A DNA stretch of 63,676 nt, counting the filler, from Dugesia japonica (lineage: Eukaryota): assembly GCA_001938525.1 (NCBI GenBank). It is 5 parts of 5 records of this genome, joined end to end, with 100 filler letters (N's around TTAATTAATTAA, not from the genome) between each part and the next. Parts side by side here need not be neighbours in the genome. Positions count along the whole stretch, not along the records: positions 50,321 to 63,676 come from MQRL01638754.1; 4 more parts are not named here. One strand, 5' to 3'. The notes beneath the pieces were generated by a model. The model made no database searches. It was not told the origin of the DNA and worked only from the letters and a program-made list of their open reading frames with translations. How positions within the stretch are numbered: the stretch's first letter is position 1; each line of letters begins with the position of its first letter. Position numbers and translations under genes: made by a program. Shown here piece after piece: positions 52,401 through 63,676 of this stretch.

Positions 52401-54279
52401 TTAAGTGAACAAAGCAGCATGAGTTTACAAATAAAACTAAAGTTCTCGCTTGTAAATATTTGGCACAACTCCATTCTGGTACATCGAAGGAAACATTTCT
52501 ACGAAACAGGTCGGGTCTGTCTCGTCTGAATGCTCCACTCGTTCCGAAAACAAGAGATGCCCAATTAACTGGCACTGGCGTGCTGTCTCTCTTCCTTTGC
52601 GGACCAGTCTCAATGTGGTGCATAGAACATTAAGTATGATTCTAGAAAGAAAATTATAGGAGTTAGTGGCTGGAGACGCCGATTATGTGGTTGCAAAAAG
52701 TTGTTGGAAACCCTTTTATACCCTTTTTTTCTGCATCGATCCTTCACCGATTGGGGGATTTTGGTGGTATAATAGTCTCATTCTCTATATTTCGTTCCAA
52801 ATTTTTTGTGAATTAGTTAGCGCACGTTTTATTTCATCATAATTTTAAAGAAGTAAAAACAGTAAGTAACATTTTTAATTTTTAAATATATTTTAAATTT
52901 ATTTCTAGGTAAATGCAATTAAAAATGATAAATTTTATGATGAATGGTGTAATTTTAAATGATCAATGATTTATTAATTTCATAAAAAGTTTTATTATTG
53001 AAGATATGAATTTTATTCTCCATGTCGAGTTTTTTTAAAATCATGTAGGGTTTATTGATTTTGATTATAATTTTAATGCTTATTTCATTTTAATTATGAT
53101 TTTCATTAAGATTCCGAAATATTTTAAATGATTTTATTTAATAAATCTAAATATTTAATAATAAATATTTCACGTTTTATAAGTTTAATTTTATTTATTC
53201 GCTTATTTTGATTAATTTATTGAATATATAATTAGTATTTGATTGATAATGATTTTCAGATGTGTAATAATGATTTTTGATTAAGATTTTAAAATTATTT
53301 AAATTATTGATCTGAGGATCGATTAATATCTGTTTCTGTGGGAGCACCTAATATGTAATGTTGATATTGCCGGAGGAAAATTTTATACATACGTCTGATC
53401 TTTACTCCCTTAACTGCGTAGACACAAGATGTGCGTACTTGTGTCTTAAAATTTTGGTTTTTTCAATTTATTTTGTCAAGGATAAGGTTTGACGATTTTT
53501 AACTATGATATTCCTATTCAGCACCATATTCTCTGTCGAATAAATACTATGATAAATTTTGAGTAAAATATTTTTCAATAAAATTAAAGATTTTGACCAA
53601 AAATGATCCCGAGGATATTCTCAGCAGATTGGTATAAAAATTTTCATGTTTAAAAATCAAAAATAAGCTTTTTCCGCATATTTACCGTGAAAAAATTAAA
53701 ATTCCCTAGTGGCAACGTAATATGTAATTTTTAAACGATAATGGAAAGTAGGTAGAAATGAGCGCACCAAACCAGGGCCGTCGAAATTTTTTTTCTTTAT
53801 TTAAATTGCTTACTAATTGCATTTCAATTGTATTATAACAAATTATTTAAAATTTCACATTATAGAAATTATTAATGTATTAAAAAAATGAAATATTAAA
53901 TAAAACTTTGATTAAGAAACATTACATTAATTTGGAAATGCTTTGTATAACTTGTATTGTGTTTGCATTTGTATTTCACTTATTTTGCATTTAAAATGTT
54001 AAAACAAAGAAATAATTATCAAAACATGATTGTAATTAATAGTAACACAAATTTCAACCAATAAAACAAATACAATAAATACTTATCAACACCGAGTATA
54101 AATTGAACAAATTATTATTTAATTTCAGTTTAAATAAAGAAAATATTGAACGAAAATCAATTACAATAAATACACGCTATAGCTGATACTTGCAGAAAGC
54201 AAGCAGTGGTAAAATAATTATTTTCATTTATTTTTAATAATCTTTTATTTAAAAAAATTTACAAGAAAAAAATTCCAAC

Positions 54280-56100
54280 AATTTGGTCTAACACAATGGG
54301 TATATGTACCCTCAATTATAAGAAGTATTTAAAAACCTGCAAGGTGGTCAAAAGAAACAAATGATACCCGTTAATAAATTGTAGTATTCCTCCTTCACAT
54401 CCTCTCATATTGGTGGCATTTCAACTGCCTCAACCAGAACTTGTAAACTGGTTGCGTAATTATACGGGGAAATCCGCTTTGACATTGTTACCCTACTATC
54501 TTTAAACTCTCTTGTCGTCAAAGGTGTCTCTTATAAGGACTTAACTGCATTATCCAATGACGAGTTTATTGTAAACTGTCATGAATTTGATAAAGGGTAT
54601 TTGTTTTGATGAACTTTTTAACACAAATATGTTTCTGTTGTTGTGGGAATACAACTGATATTCCATACTTGAGTATGTAATGTAGGTCATACCCTTTCAA
54701 ATTATGGAACACAACCGATTCCTGCATATTTACTCTTCTCGCCAAATAAGATGATTTTCAGACAGCTCCTATATATTCCCCGGTAAAATGGCCGTGATCT
54801 CGAACCGAGTTTATTAATCTCTGTTAGGATGAATAACAATTTTGGACTGTTGCACACATACCTTCTTGCAATGGAGTAATCACCATCGGCTTATTACCAT
54901 TATGATTATAATATAGTCCCACTATATTTTTATTTATATCTTATGCTGCCAATAAAAACTTATAAATGCAGTAATTTCCAATAAACTGGCTGTATTTCAC
55001 TTCATTGGTAAAATTATTTACCAACAACAGACCAGCTGAAACCGGGAGATGTTCCTGGAAATATTTCTCATCCGGTGGTAATACTGATTCAAAATCAGCA
55101 TACACTACAAAAAGAAGAGTGAATATTTTCCCGAAATCCTCGAATTTAAAGTTTGTTTTTGTTGGCATAGTGTACATGGTAGTGCCCGTTTGGATTCGAT
55201 CGCAGATCGGTTGTTTTTCGAATGTTTCCATCAAACGAAAGCCATTCAGACAATTGGGACACCATAATGTCTGTATCCTTACACCATTTGATTTCATATC
55301 CTGATTCATGAGACGATTTAAATTTAATACTGCGGTATAATGAAATTTATCTTTATCCTCCAGCAGTAATAAATTAATCCTCTTTCCACCAACAACTTTC
55401 AATCGATGTATGATATCGAGGTTTGGATGTTTCATCACCACATCATCGTCGCCGTCTTCAATGCATTGAGAGTCCCACGATAACACATAAATGAACCTGG
55501 ATTTTCTTCTTCAAGCTTTCTAATGTCTTTTAATTTCATCAGAAAATCCGACTCATCATACTTTAATTCTGACATGAATCTATCATATTGACTGGCTCTG
55601 TATCTATGATTTCCATCCACCTAATCCTTTTTGAGCACGGCAAGTATGCTGTACAAGAAATAATTGTTGTCGTTATTGAATACGTTTACAACAGCTCGTT
55701 TTTTATTTAAGTTTTTTGGTGTTTCAATGTATCCACTTCCAAACAGGCGACACATTGGAAATTTTCGTTATTTTGAAATTTATTTCTAATATACGGCTAA
55801 GAATCCAACTTGATCCCAGCTCACTTTGGATGGTTATTTTTTCATTTAACTGTTTCACGCCCTCCTCGAAAAAATCATTTGTAAGTGGTAATCTACAAGT
55901 ATTTTGTCTCGTTTTCCTTAATAAATTCCACCATTACCCCAAATTGTATTTTGACATGTTTCCAGTCGTTTATTATGGCAATTAATCTATCAATCAATTT
56001 TTTTCAGCAGTACAATTTCCGTTGTTCCCAAGTTTGAAATATCCATTTTCAAATTTCTGATGGCATTTTTATAAATCGAACTCAATTTATACATTTGGTG
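54280..56100 (-). pseudogene. Protein-primed family B DNA polymerase (N-terminal and exonuclease part; palm absent)
   Basis: GSSW, KRAVVNVFNNDN.YFLYSILA, HYTAVLNLNRL, CPNCLNGF, FVVYADFES (Exo I), RDHGHFTGEYIG, VVFHNLKGYDLH (Exo II), SSLD, PYNY..MPP; many stops and frameshifts. Confidence 0.88.
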
Positions 56101-56717
56101 TAGAATCTACATCTACAGAGCCGCCAACTAAAACCTCTTCATTAATTACATTATTTTCGGCGTTGAACTCATCCACAATTTCAAAATTATTCCAATCCTC
56201 TTCTACAACTTGGCACTCTTCATCCTCCATAATCTCTACAATCGCACAATCTTCGTCCTCCACAATAATACAATCCTCTTCATCTACAATCTAGTTGTCC
56301 GCTTCTTCCATAATCTGGTTTTCTTCCTCCGCGGTCTGACAATACACTTCTTCTGTAATTTGATAATCATCATCAGATAACACGATAACGTCTTCCTTCC
56401 TTTTCTTGGCTGGAGAACCATTCATTTCATTTTCCCTTATATCCTTAAATAACATTTTCTTGTCTCCTATAAATTGTGATAAATGCTGTGCATGCTGTGT
56501 GTAGAAATTAGAATATGTCCATACACTTAAGTTTCTACAGTTTGGACAGATGTAGCATCTTTCCCATAATACCATTTACCATAATATTTCTCCATATTAT
56601 CATGGCAATGGTTATTATGAATTGTATTTGTACAGTATTTTGGATAAAATTTACATCCGTCTAGAAAATAATAATCTGTTTATTAGACATTTTAGATTAA
56701 CATGAATAATTATTTTT

Positions 56718-57610
56718 AACTGTTGAAATTTATTATAATTTGCAACCATGTTGCATTTTCTTTGTTGAATTTGCATACATATTGCATATTAAAACTTTTA
56801 TGTCAATTATATGACTATTTATATAATTTTTATTGATATAACAAAATAAATAGTTTAAATATATCAATTGAAATTATATACAATTCTTAAAAAAACATAC
56901 AAGTTTTAAATTTAAAATACAGCAAATCAATATAAATTGAAAAACTAAATAAACTAATGGAAAGTAACAATCTATAATGTAAGAAGATATAATTGTATTA
57001 TATTAAAAGTCATCATAAATTAAAATAATAATATTATTATTATCAAAAGTAGTATGATTTTATCAGATTATTATTTATCAGTATTATTATTTTTATTAGG
57101 AACATTAATATCATATGCAACAGTGTTAACTATATTATTATTATTTATAGGTATAATTGATGTAATTATTATTTATAATTATTAATGTCACTTCTACGTG
57201 ACTTTTAAAATAAAAATTGATGTGAGAAGTGCATATGTAGACTTGCAGAACTTGTAGATAGTATGTAGAAAATATGCAAGTAATAACACGCAAGATTTCT
57301 CAATGAAAATCCCTATTAAAATCAATTATTATTGTGAATAGAAAGAGTTTTGTGATAATTTGAAACTGTTGAAATTAATTATAATTTGCAACCATGTTGC
57401 ATTTCTTTGTTGAATTTGCATACATATTGCATATAAAACTTTTATGTTATTTCTATTATTTTTATTGATATAACAAATAAATAATTTAAATATATCAATT
57501 GAAATTATATGCATGTCTTAAAATTAACATACAAGTTAAAGTACGGCAAATCAACATAATTTACAATATAACATTATTTAAAAATTAATGAAATCAATAG
57601 TCTATAATGT
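56718..57610. repeat. ~250-bp direct duplication inside element B (56718-56980 vs 57364-57610)
   Basis: AACTGTTGAAATT..ATAATTTGCAACCATGTTGCATTT..TGTTGAATTTGCATACATATTGCATAT..TCTATAATGT occurs twice. Confidence 0.85.
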
Positions 57611-58559
57611 ACTATTAGTATTGATAATATTAAAATAAATATAACTTCAAAAAAAGCAAATCTACATAAATTCAAAATCATATTATTATTTAAAAATCAT
57701 ATAAAAACAAAGTCTATAATGTATTATTATTAATATTCAGATAAATAAAACTTTTAAAATAAATTTAACTTCAAAAAGAAAAGAAAAGTAATAATAACAA
57801 TACATAATCTTACATTTATTATTCATAGCATAAATCCTTTCCGAATCATTAGGAACGAGGCTCGGATCCACTGAAATTCCTCTCCTTTTCTCTTCATTCA
57901 GCATTTCTAATAACTGAGGAAAAGAAATAATAATAATAATTTAAATAGTAATAATCAATTTACTGTTTCATATTTTCAGAAATCGGAGCTCCATTGGAAT
58001 ATTTGTTTTNNNNNNNNNNNNNNNNNNNNNNNNNNNNNNNNNNNNNNNNNNNNNNNNNNGTAATAATCAATTTACTGTTTCATATTTTCAAAAATCGGAG
58101 CTCCATTGGAATATTTGTTTTTGTTTATAATCTGAAAATAAATATTTAATTTACAATCTTAATATATTAATAAATTTACTTTCTTAAATAATCTTTTTCT
58201 GGAATATCCTTCGGCATTATTTGAATTCATTTTAACTAAAATAAAATAACGATAAATTTAAAATAAATTAAAAAATAAAACTTACAAAAATTTGATATTT
58301 GTTCCTGTGTTGAAAATTTATTTTAAAATGGTGACAAAAATAAATAAGTAACGCCTTTTTTTAATGGTTTACTAACCAACCAATAGGAAAGCGAGAAAAT
58401 TTAAACAACAAATTATTAGTCATGAAATTAACAAAGTTTATTCATGATTAAAACAAAGACATATTTTAATTTTTTACATTTATTACATATAACATACATT
58501 TTCAACTACAATTTTGACATTTATTTACATAAACATGAATTTCACATATAATGTTGATT

Positions 58560-58845
58560 TTTTAACCACATTAAACAATGTTGTCCGCAAGTCGTTGTGA
58601 ATGGGTTTTGAAATCTTATTTTGTTATACTCAATCGGCTTTGATATTTTTAAGAGATGTGAGACCAATATTTCTGGATAATAACATCCAAGCGGATCAAA
58701 TACTAATTTTTTTCACGGTTTATGGTAAACTGCTATCCAATGTTCTCCATCGAAATTAGATGTTTGAGTATTGACGATTATGGCTTTATTTACTGGAAAG
58801 TATGAATATACTCCTAACCATGTTGATCCCAACAATTTTAGAACT
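58560..58845 (-). pseudogene. Adenain-like protease of element B
   Basis: WLGVYS..IIVNTQTSNFDGEHWIAVY..VFDPLG..QNPFTTTCGQHCL, with a stop and frameshift. Confidence 0.85.
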
Positions 58846-58916
58846 AATAAAATAAAATAAAAATATATAAATTAAAATTAGCTCATATTTCACAATTTGA
58901 TTGCACTAGGTTTTGT

Positions 58917-60066
58917 TTACACTAGTACTGTTCTGTTTGCTTTAATTTGTATTTCATTTTCAAATACTCCATAAATAATTACATATGCCGATCCAGTCAA
59001 AGCTTTTACAAACTTTTTATCCAATCATAAATTCTCTGTTGAGGTAATTGACTCTGATTTATATCGAAATCCGGAGCCAATAAAAATTTAAAGAATAAAT
59101 ACTTGCTTCTTAATTCTTCAAGTGTTATTCCATGATTCATATTCTTATCCAAATATCCCATATTTCTTACTATGGATTGCATATATGTTGTACTATAACT
59201 ATCGTTTTCGAAATCCTAAGTATAATTTTCTCGATAATCAATGTTTTTCGATAAACTTATTGAATTAGTACCCAAGTGATCAAATATCGAACTAGAGCTT
59301 TTATAACTACCATTATATTTATCTCCAGTTTGAAATATCACCAAGGTTAATTTGGGTAATCGACAATCACCAAATATTTATTCCTTATAAAATGATGTAC
59401 TATCTTTACTAATTGCATATGCAACAATTTCCTTTGTTTTTATCGGGTAAACTGCATTTTGTTTGTTTAATCCAATTTGAATTCCGACCAATATAGAAGG
59501 TTCGACATGTATTCGTCTGACCATCCATTTTGTATACAATAATTGATATTTCGGTTGATCCATAAAATCTAATTCAAATGAACCACATAGAGACAATTAT
59601 TTGGATTTTTTATTAGAAGCCTTTCTAACTTCATCTGATCCATGCCCCATTGCTGCAAAACATATATTTTTACTATCTCCATTATAATTTAAAATTGTTT
59701 CAATCAATGCTTTTTGAATATGTGTTCCATTTCCACCCTCAATTTTCATAGTATTAAATGACATAATTAAATCTTTAAATAACGAATGAAATTTGTAATT
59801 GCTAGGTACCACATCAGAATTGTCAGCCAAATCTTAACCAGTTTTATCAACTATTTTTACTTGCACGTACAATAAAGTATCATTAAAGTCCAAGTATTCT
59901 GTTTGGGATCCATTTATATTAAACTCTACATCATTTCTTTCTTACGAAATTGTATTCATTGGAAACATCCTCAAATGCACCATACTTAATAACCGCTTGG
60001 GGAGATGGTCGATCAAAAATACACAATTCAGTTTTTCCACAAATAATTACTTAAATATAGTTCCAT
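58917..60066 (-). pseudogene. Major capsid protein of element B
   Basis: ELCIFDRPSPQAVI, VEFNINGSQTEYLDFNDTLLYVQVKI, HSLFKDL, KALIETILNY, LDFMDQPKY, IIYGVFENEIQIKANRTVLV*. Confidence 0.85.
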
Positions 60067-60494
60067 GTCCTTTCATTCGTTTGTTTATACGCGACTTGTT
60101 TGATTTTTTACGCTTACCACTTTTAAGTGGTTGATTTTCGGTTTTTTGTTGATCTGTTACAATATTACTTATACTATATTTTGCTTATTATACTTGTCAG
60201 TAATATTTTTTCAACTTTTGGTATCATGTTAGCCACTCTACTAGGCAATGAAGGCATTACATTACCAAGTTCAGCCAATGCATTCGATTTTAGTGTTGGT
60301 AATAGCTTTCCATTATTAGCCAGTACATCCTGAGCAGTTTTCATACCAAATGAACCAATTCGTCTAAGAATAGGAAGCGCAAATCTACCTNNNNNNNNNN
60401 NNNNNNNNNNNNNNNNCTGTTTTCCTACAAAATAAGGTAATTCTCCACCAGCTTGACTACTGCTATACAACGACACAATATCGGGATTATTCAT
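60050..60494 (-). pseudogene. Polinton Gly-motif core/membrane-active protein (PZ-like)
   Basis: QAGGELPYFVGKQ..GRFALPILRRIG amphipathic segment; basic tail KSGKRKKSNKSRINKRMKGHGTIF after a stop. Confidence 0.7.
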
Positions 60495-60900
60495 TTATTT
60501 TTCGAAAATGTAAAGTTAAATGTGTTTTAGAGTCTTTTGCAAACGTGATTAATTTCCTGCTATAATCCCGAATATTTATTTCTATATTGTTTATTCATGT
60601 TGTAGCAATTGGTAAATACATTGGATTATCAACTTTTATTTGAACTACGTCATCATTTTCATGCTTTTCTATCCATACCGATTTCAAAAGAGGAACTTTA
60701 ACATCTCCTACAGTTATAGGTTCAACAATACTGTTATAGATGAACATTTGTTGATGTAACTTAATTATTTTTGGATTTCCAATACCTTGTAATATACCAT
60801 CCTTCAATTCTGTATGTGAATATTGTTGTTTTTCTAATCCCAAAGTTTTTGTCAAGACTTTATCAAATGTAATAGTTTTGATATAATTTCTTAGTGACAT
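60487..60900 (-). pseudogene. Minor capsid (penton) C-terminal half
   Basis: MFIYNSIVEPITVGDVKVPLLKSV..NPMYLPI, then after TGA: INNIEINIRD..THLTLHFRK. Confidence 0.82.
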
Positions 60901-60994
60901 TTGAAATAGATTATTGGCTTTGAGACTTATTGTTTGGCTTTAGTCTCTAAATACTTATTATATAAATTAAATATTTAAAAATTTATATTGAGAC

Positions 60995-61270
60995 TAAATA
61001 TTTACATCGTTTGTTTATACACCATGGCACCGTTAGGATTGAAAATATCTGTCCGTACCCTCAATTAATCTGGAAATTGTTGTGCAAAATCTAGAAAAAG
61101 ATATCCATGAGGGTTTACCGTAGCATCCTGGAATGATTCCATAAGAAATTGTCTATTATTAGGATACACTTGTCTTACTAGAAAATTGACAACCGCTTGA
61201 TCTCTCGGATTTTTGAAAATAACCAATTGAACATTTAAATTACGGGTTCTGTGACTTCCTCCGTGATGAA
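60995..61270 (-). pseudogene. Packaging ATPase C-terminal fragment
   Basis: FHHGGSHRTRNLNVQLVIFKNPRDQAVVNFLVRQVYP..FQDATVNPHGYLFLDF..RVRTDIF. Confidence 0.85.
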
Positions 61271-62233
61271 ATCAAGGAATATACGGATATCAATATCGAA
61301 TTAGTTCTGGCCGGTTATTCCTCATTTGCGATGACATGTTCATACACATGTATTGCGTGTATGTGAAGAAATATGTACAAATTTTTGGGACGGTTACATC
61401 GAAAAACCAAAAAGAAGACGACTAGAATAATTTTATTAAATAAATATTGTATTATTTATTTTATTTTTTATTAAGTAAATTAATTTTTATTAATAAAAAA
61501 ATGAGTTATTTTAATAAGAAAAGTAATTTTCAATAACATTTAAGATAGAAACATTTATTAATGATAAAAATTATAACAGTTTATCAACTTTTCGGACAGT
61601 TTTTATTTTCCCTATTGGTGTAGCTTCATTATTGAATTTCTTGATTCCTTGTATTTCAATTGTAATCATTCATTTATCTTCATTTACATATCCTTCATCA
61701 TATGTGTTTTCCAAGACTTCCTTCGAATTAATATAAGCATAGTCCTTTATTGACATTGATTTGCTCAATCTCGAGAGTAATGAATTTATTAGCCATTTAT
61801 CCGACGAACTAATCTCCTGTATAACCATACCAAATGGACTTCTTTTCATATGAACAGGTTCCTAAATAAAAAGTATTAATAGTAAATAATAAATAATATT
61901 ACTTTAAATGTATACAGTATATGTTTCTTCAGGAATTTCATTTTACGCTGATGAAAATCCACAGATTTTCCACATTCAATATTAATATTCAATACGTTAT
62001 CAATTTTAAGAAATAATTGTTTTTCGCCCATTTGAAAATAATATATTTTTAAAAGTTTTCGTTTATATACATACTTGTAACTGATTAAGATAATTTCATT
62101 GGTTGATTTAAACGAGTGTGCATATGTAAATTACATAGCGTTTCGTTAGTTTTCCAATACCCATGTATGCACGATTTTTATTTGCTGTAATTTGTATAAA
62201 TTGAAGAAATTTATAAATTAAATCATTTTTTAA

Positions 62234-62641
62234 ATGAACGATATTGACGAAATTATAGAAAAAATGGCTGAATTAAAAATATCCCAAACAAATCAATCCG
62301 CTGATATTATTTTCGATAAAGGTTAATTATTTTATTTTTAATTTAATTAATTTATATATTTAGAACCAAAGGATAAAATTCAAACAGTTGATATGTCTGA
62401 GGAGAAGAAACTTTTATTGGAAAGAGATAACATTATTTATAATTCATTTTAATAATTTATTTATAATTGATCTTAAATAATTGCTTATATGTATAAAATT
62501 AAGAATTATACTAACATCGATCTTGATAAAGCTATGTGGATTTACAATAAATATCAAAAAGAAGAAGACGAAATGATCAAAATCGATTTAAAAAGAAAAT
62601 TTATTAATTTATTTATTCCTGCAATCAATAAATGTTGTTAA
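62234..62641 (+). pseudogene. Small spliced accessory gene of element B
   Basis: MNDIDEIIEKMAELKISQ.., a GT-AG intron at ~62322-62363, then a second AT-rich intron-like segment with a decayed donor. Confidence 0.4.
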
Positions 62642-63676
62642 ATGCACTAAATGTATTAGTTTAATGTAAATGTTTCTTAATCAAAGTTTTATTTAATATT
62701 TCATTTTTTAATACATTAATAATTTCTATAATGTGAAATTTTAAATAATTTGTTATACTACAATTGAAATGCAATTGGTAAGCAGTTTAAATAAAGAAAA
62801 GTTTCATTGTTAAAAAGTAAATAAAAATTTTTTTTAAATACTTGTAAAAATTTCTCAAAAAAAATAAGTGTTCCAATAAACAAAAATTTAACCGAAAAAA
62901 TTCAAAATTAAATTTTAAAAGTAATGTGTTTTACGTGAGGGGTTACTATATTTAAGTAATGTGTTTCGTGAGGGGGTACTATTAATGACCTTGAGAAAAT
63001 TTTTACTTTAGGATTTTCGTAAAAAAGAAACTTTAAAAAAATTCGTTAGAAAAAATAATAAATTTTAAAAAAAGAAAATTAAAAAATTTGGAGGTACCCT
63101 ATGACTCATCGCCCCATAAAAAATCTTTCGATGCCTTGTCGGGGTTATGGGGTAGGGGTCCTGTTTTGGTACGCTCATATCTACCTACTATTACATAATT
63201 AAGATACAATGAAACATAAATGGGATAAACAAAATTAACTTATCAGATATTATTAGTCTGTGTTAGATGGGTTTATGACATTCGTCGTAAAATTCAGAAG
63301 ATTAGCTGATTACATTATGAATTTATTACAAAACAACGAAATAAAAATATAACAATACAAATTTGTTTTTAATTATATTTTATAATCATTTATTGTATTT
63401 AAAATACTTATTTATAATTTTGAAAACAAATTTTCGTCAATTTTAAAATTATTTACAATTTATAATAAACCAAATAAAATCATTTAAATAAATGCATTTA
63501 AATTATTTTTCATTAGACTAATTTGATTTTAAAGTTAAATAAATTTTATAAGTTCAATAAATTTTAGTTCAAATTACAAAATTTTTAAATCCGTTTTTTT
63601 AAAAATAATATAATAATTAAAGGAATTTTTAAAATGTATTCATTCTTAATTGTCATTATTTTTTAGCTCAATATTT

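Larger units (their letters stand above)
53747..63189 (-). mobile_element. Polinton/Maverick element B: TIR-bounded, internally deleted, pseudogenised
   Basis: Termini AGTAGGTAGAAATGAGCGCACCAAACCAGG / CCTGTTTTGGTACGCTCATATCTACCTACT; inner TIR match 53791-53930 vs 62661-62800. Encloses relics of pPolB, adenain, MCP, a core protein, penton and ATPase. Confidence 0.9.

Noticed and set aside
50374-52790. Possible LTR or solo-LTR with short ORFs (similar-looking DNA at 22890-23700)
   Set aside because: Starts with TGTAAC, but I could not establish a paired LTR, PBS, TSD or protein motif.
57947-58120. ~60-bp direct repeat on both sides of an N gap
   Set aside because: Most likely overlapping contig ends that were not merged.
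1-63189. Elements A and B as two halves of one giant virus, with B supplying the polymerase
   Set aside because: Each has its own dissimilar MCP, penton, protease and ATPase; B has its own TIR pair; four artificial contig joins separate them.
53741-63195. Target-site duplication for element B
   Set aside because: Flanks ATGGAA and ATTACA do not match.

Overview
AT-rich eukaryotic genomic DNA, probably invertebrate; the ~45-50 nt introns and repeat content fit a planarian-like flatworm, but the host is an inference. The window joins five pieces through artificial N44-TTAATTAATTAA-N44 spacers, so adjacency across 8.3, 19.7, 30.9 and 50.3 kb is unproven. It is dominated by decayed mobile DNA. 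(A) 1-8246 is a plus-strand endogenous Polinton/Maverick (adintovirus-type) virion module: major capsid, a parvovirus-type phospholipase A2 fused in frame to an RVE integrase through a candidate adenain site, packaging ATPase, adenovirus pX-like protein, minor capsid and intact adenain. No DNA polymerase is visible. (B) 53747-63189 is a second, unrelated, TIR-bounded and internally deleted Polinton whose pPolB and capsid modules look like they come from different lineages; it also carries spliced accessory genes. Also present are several orphan Polinton-type termini (including a 103-bp mini-element with a near-perfect 6-bp TSD), a minimal hammerhead ribozyme inside a long hairpin, an intron-containing DD30E IS630/Tc1-like transposase, a piggyBac relic and four Gypsy relics. 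Two host exons remain: a divergent alpha-tubulin and a single-pass membrane protein.
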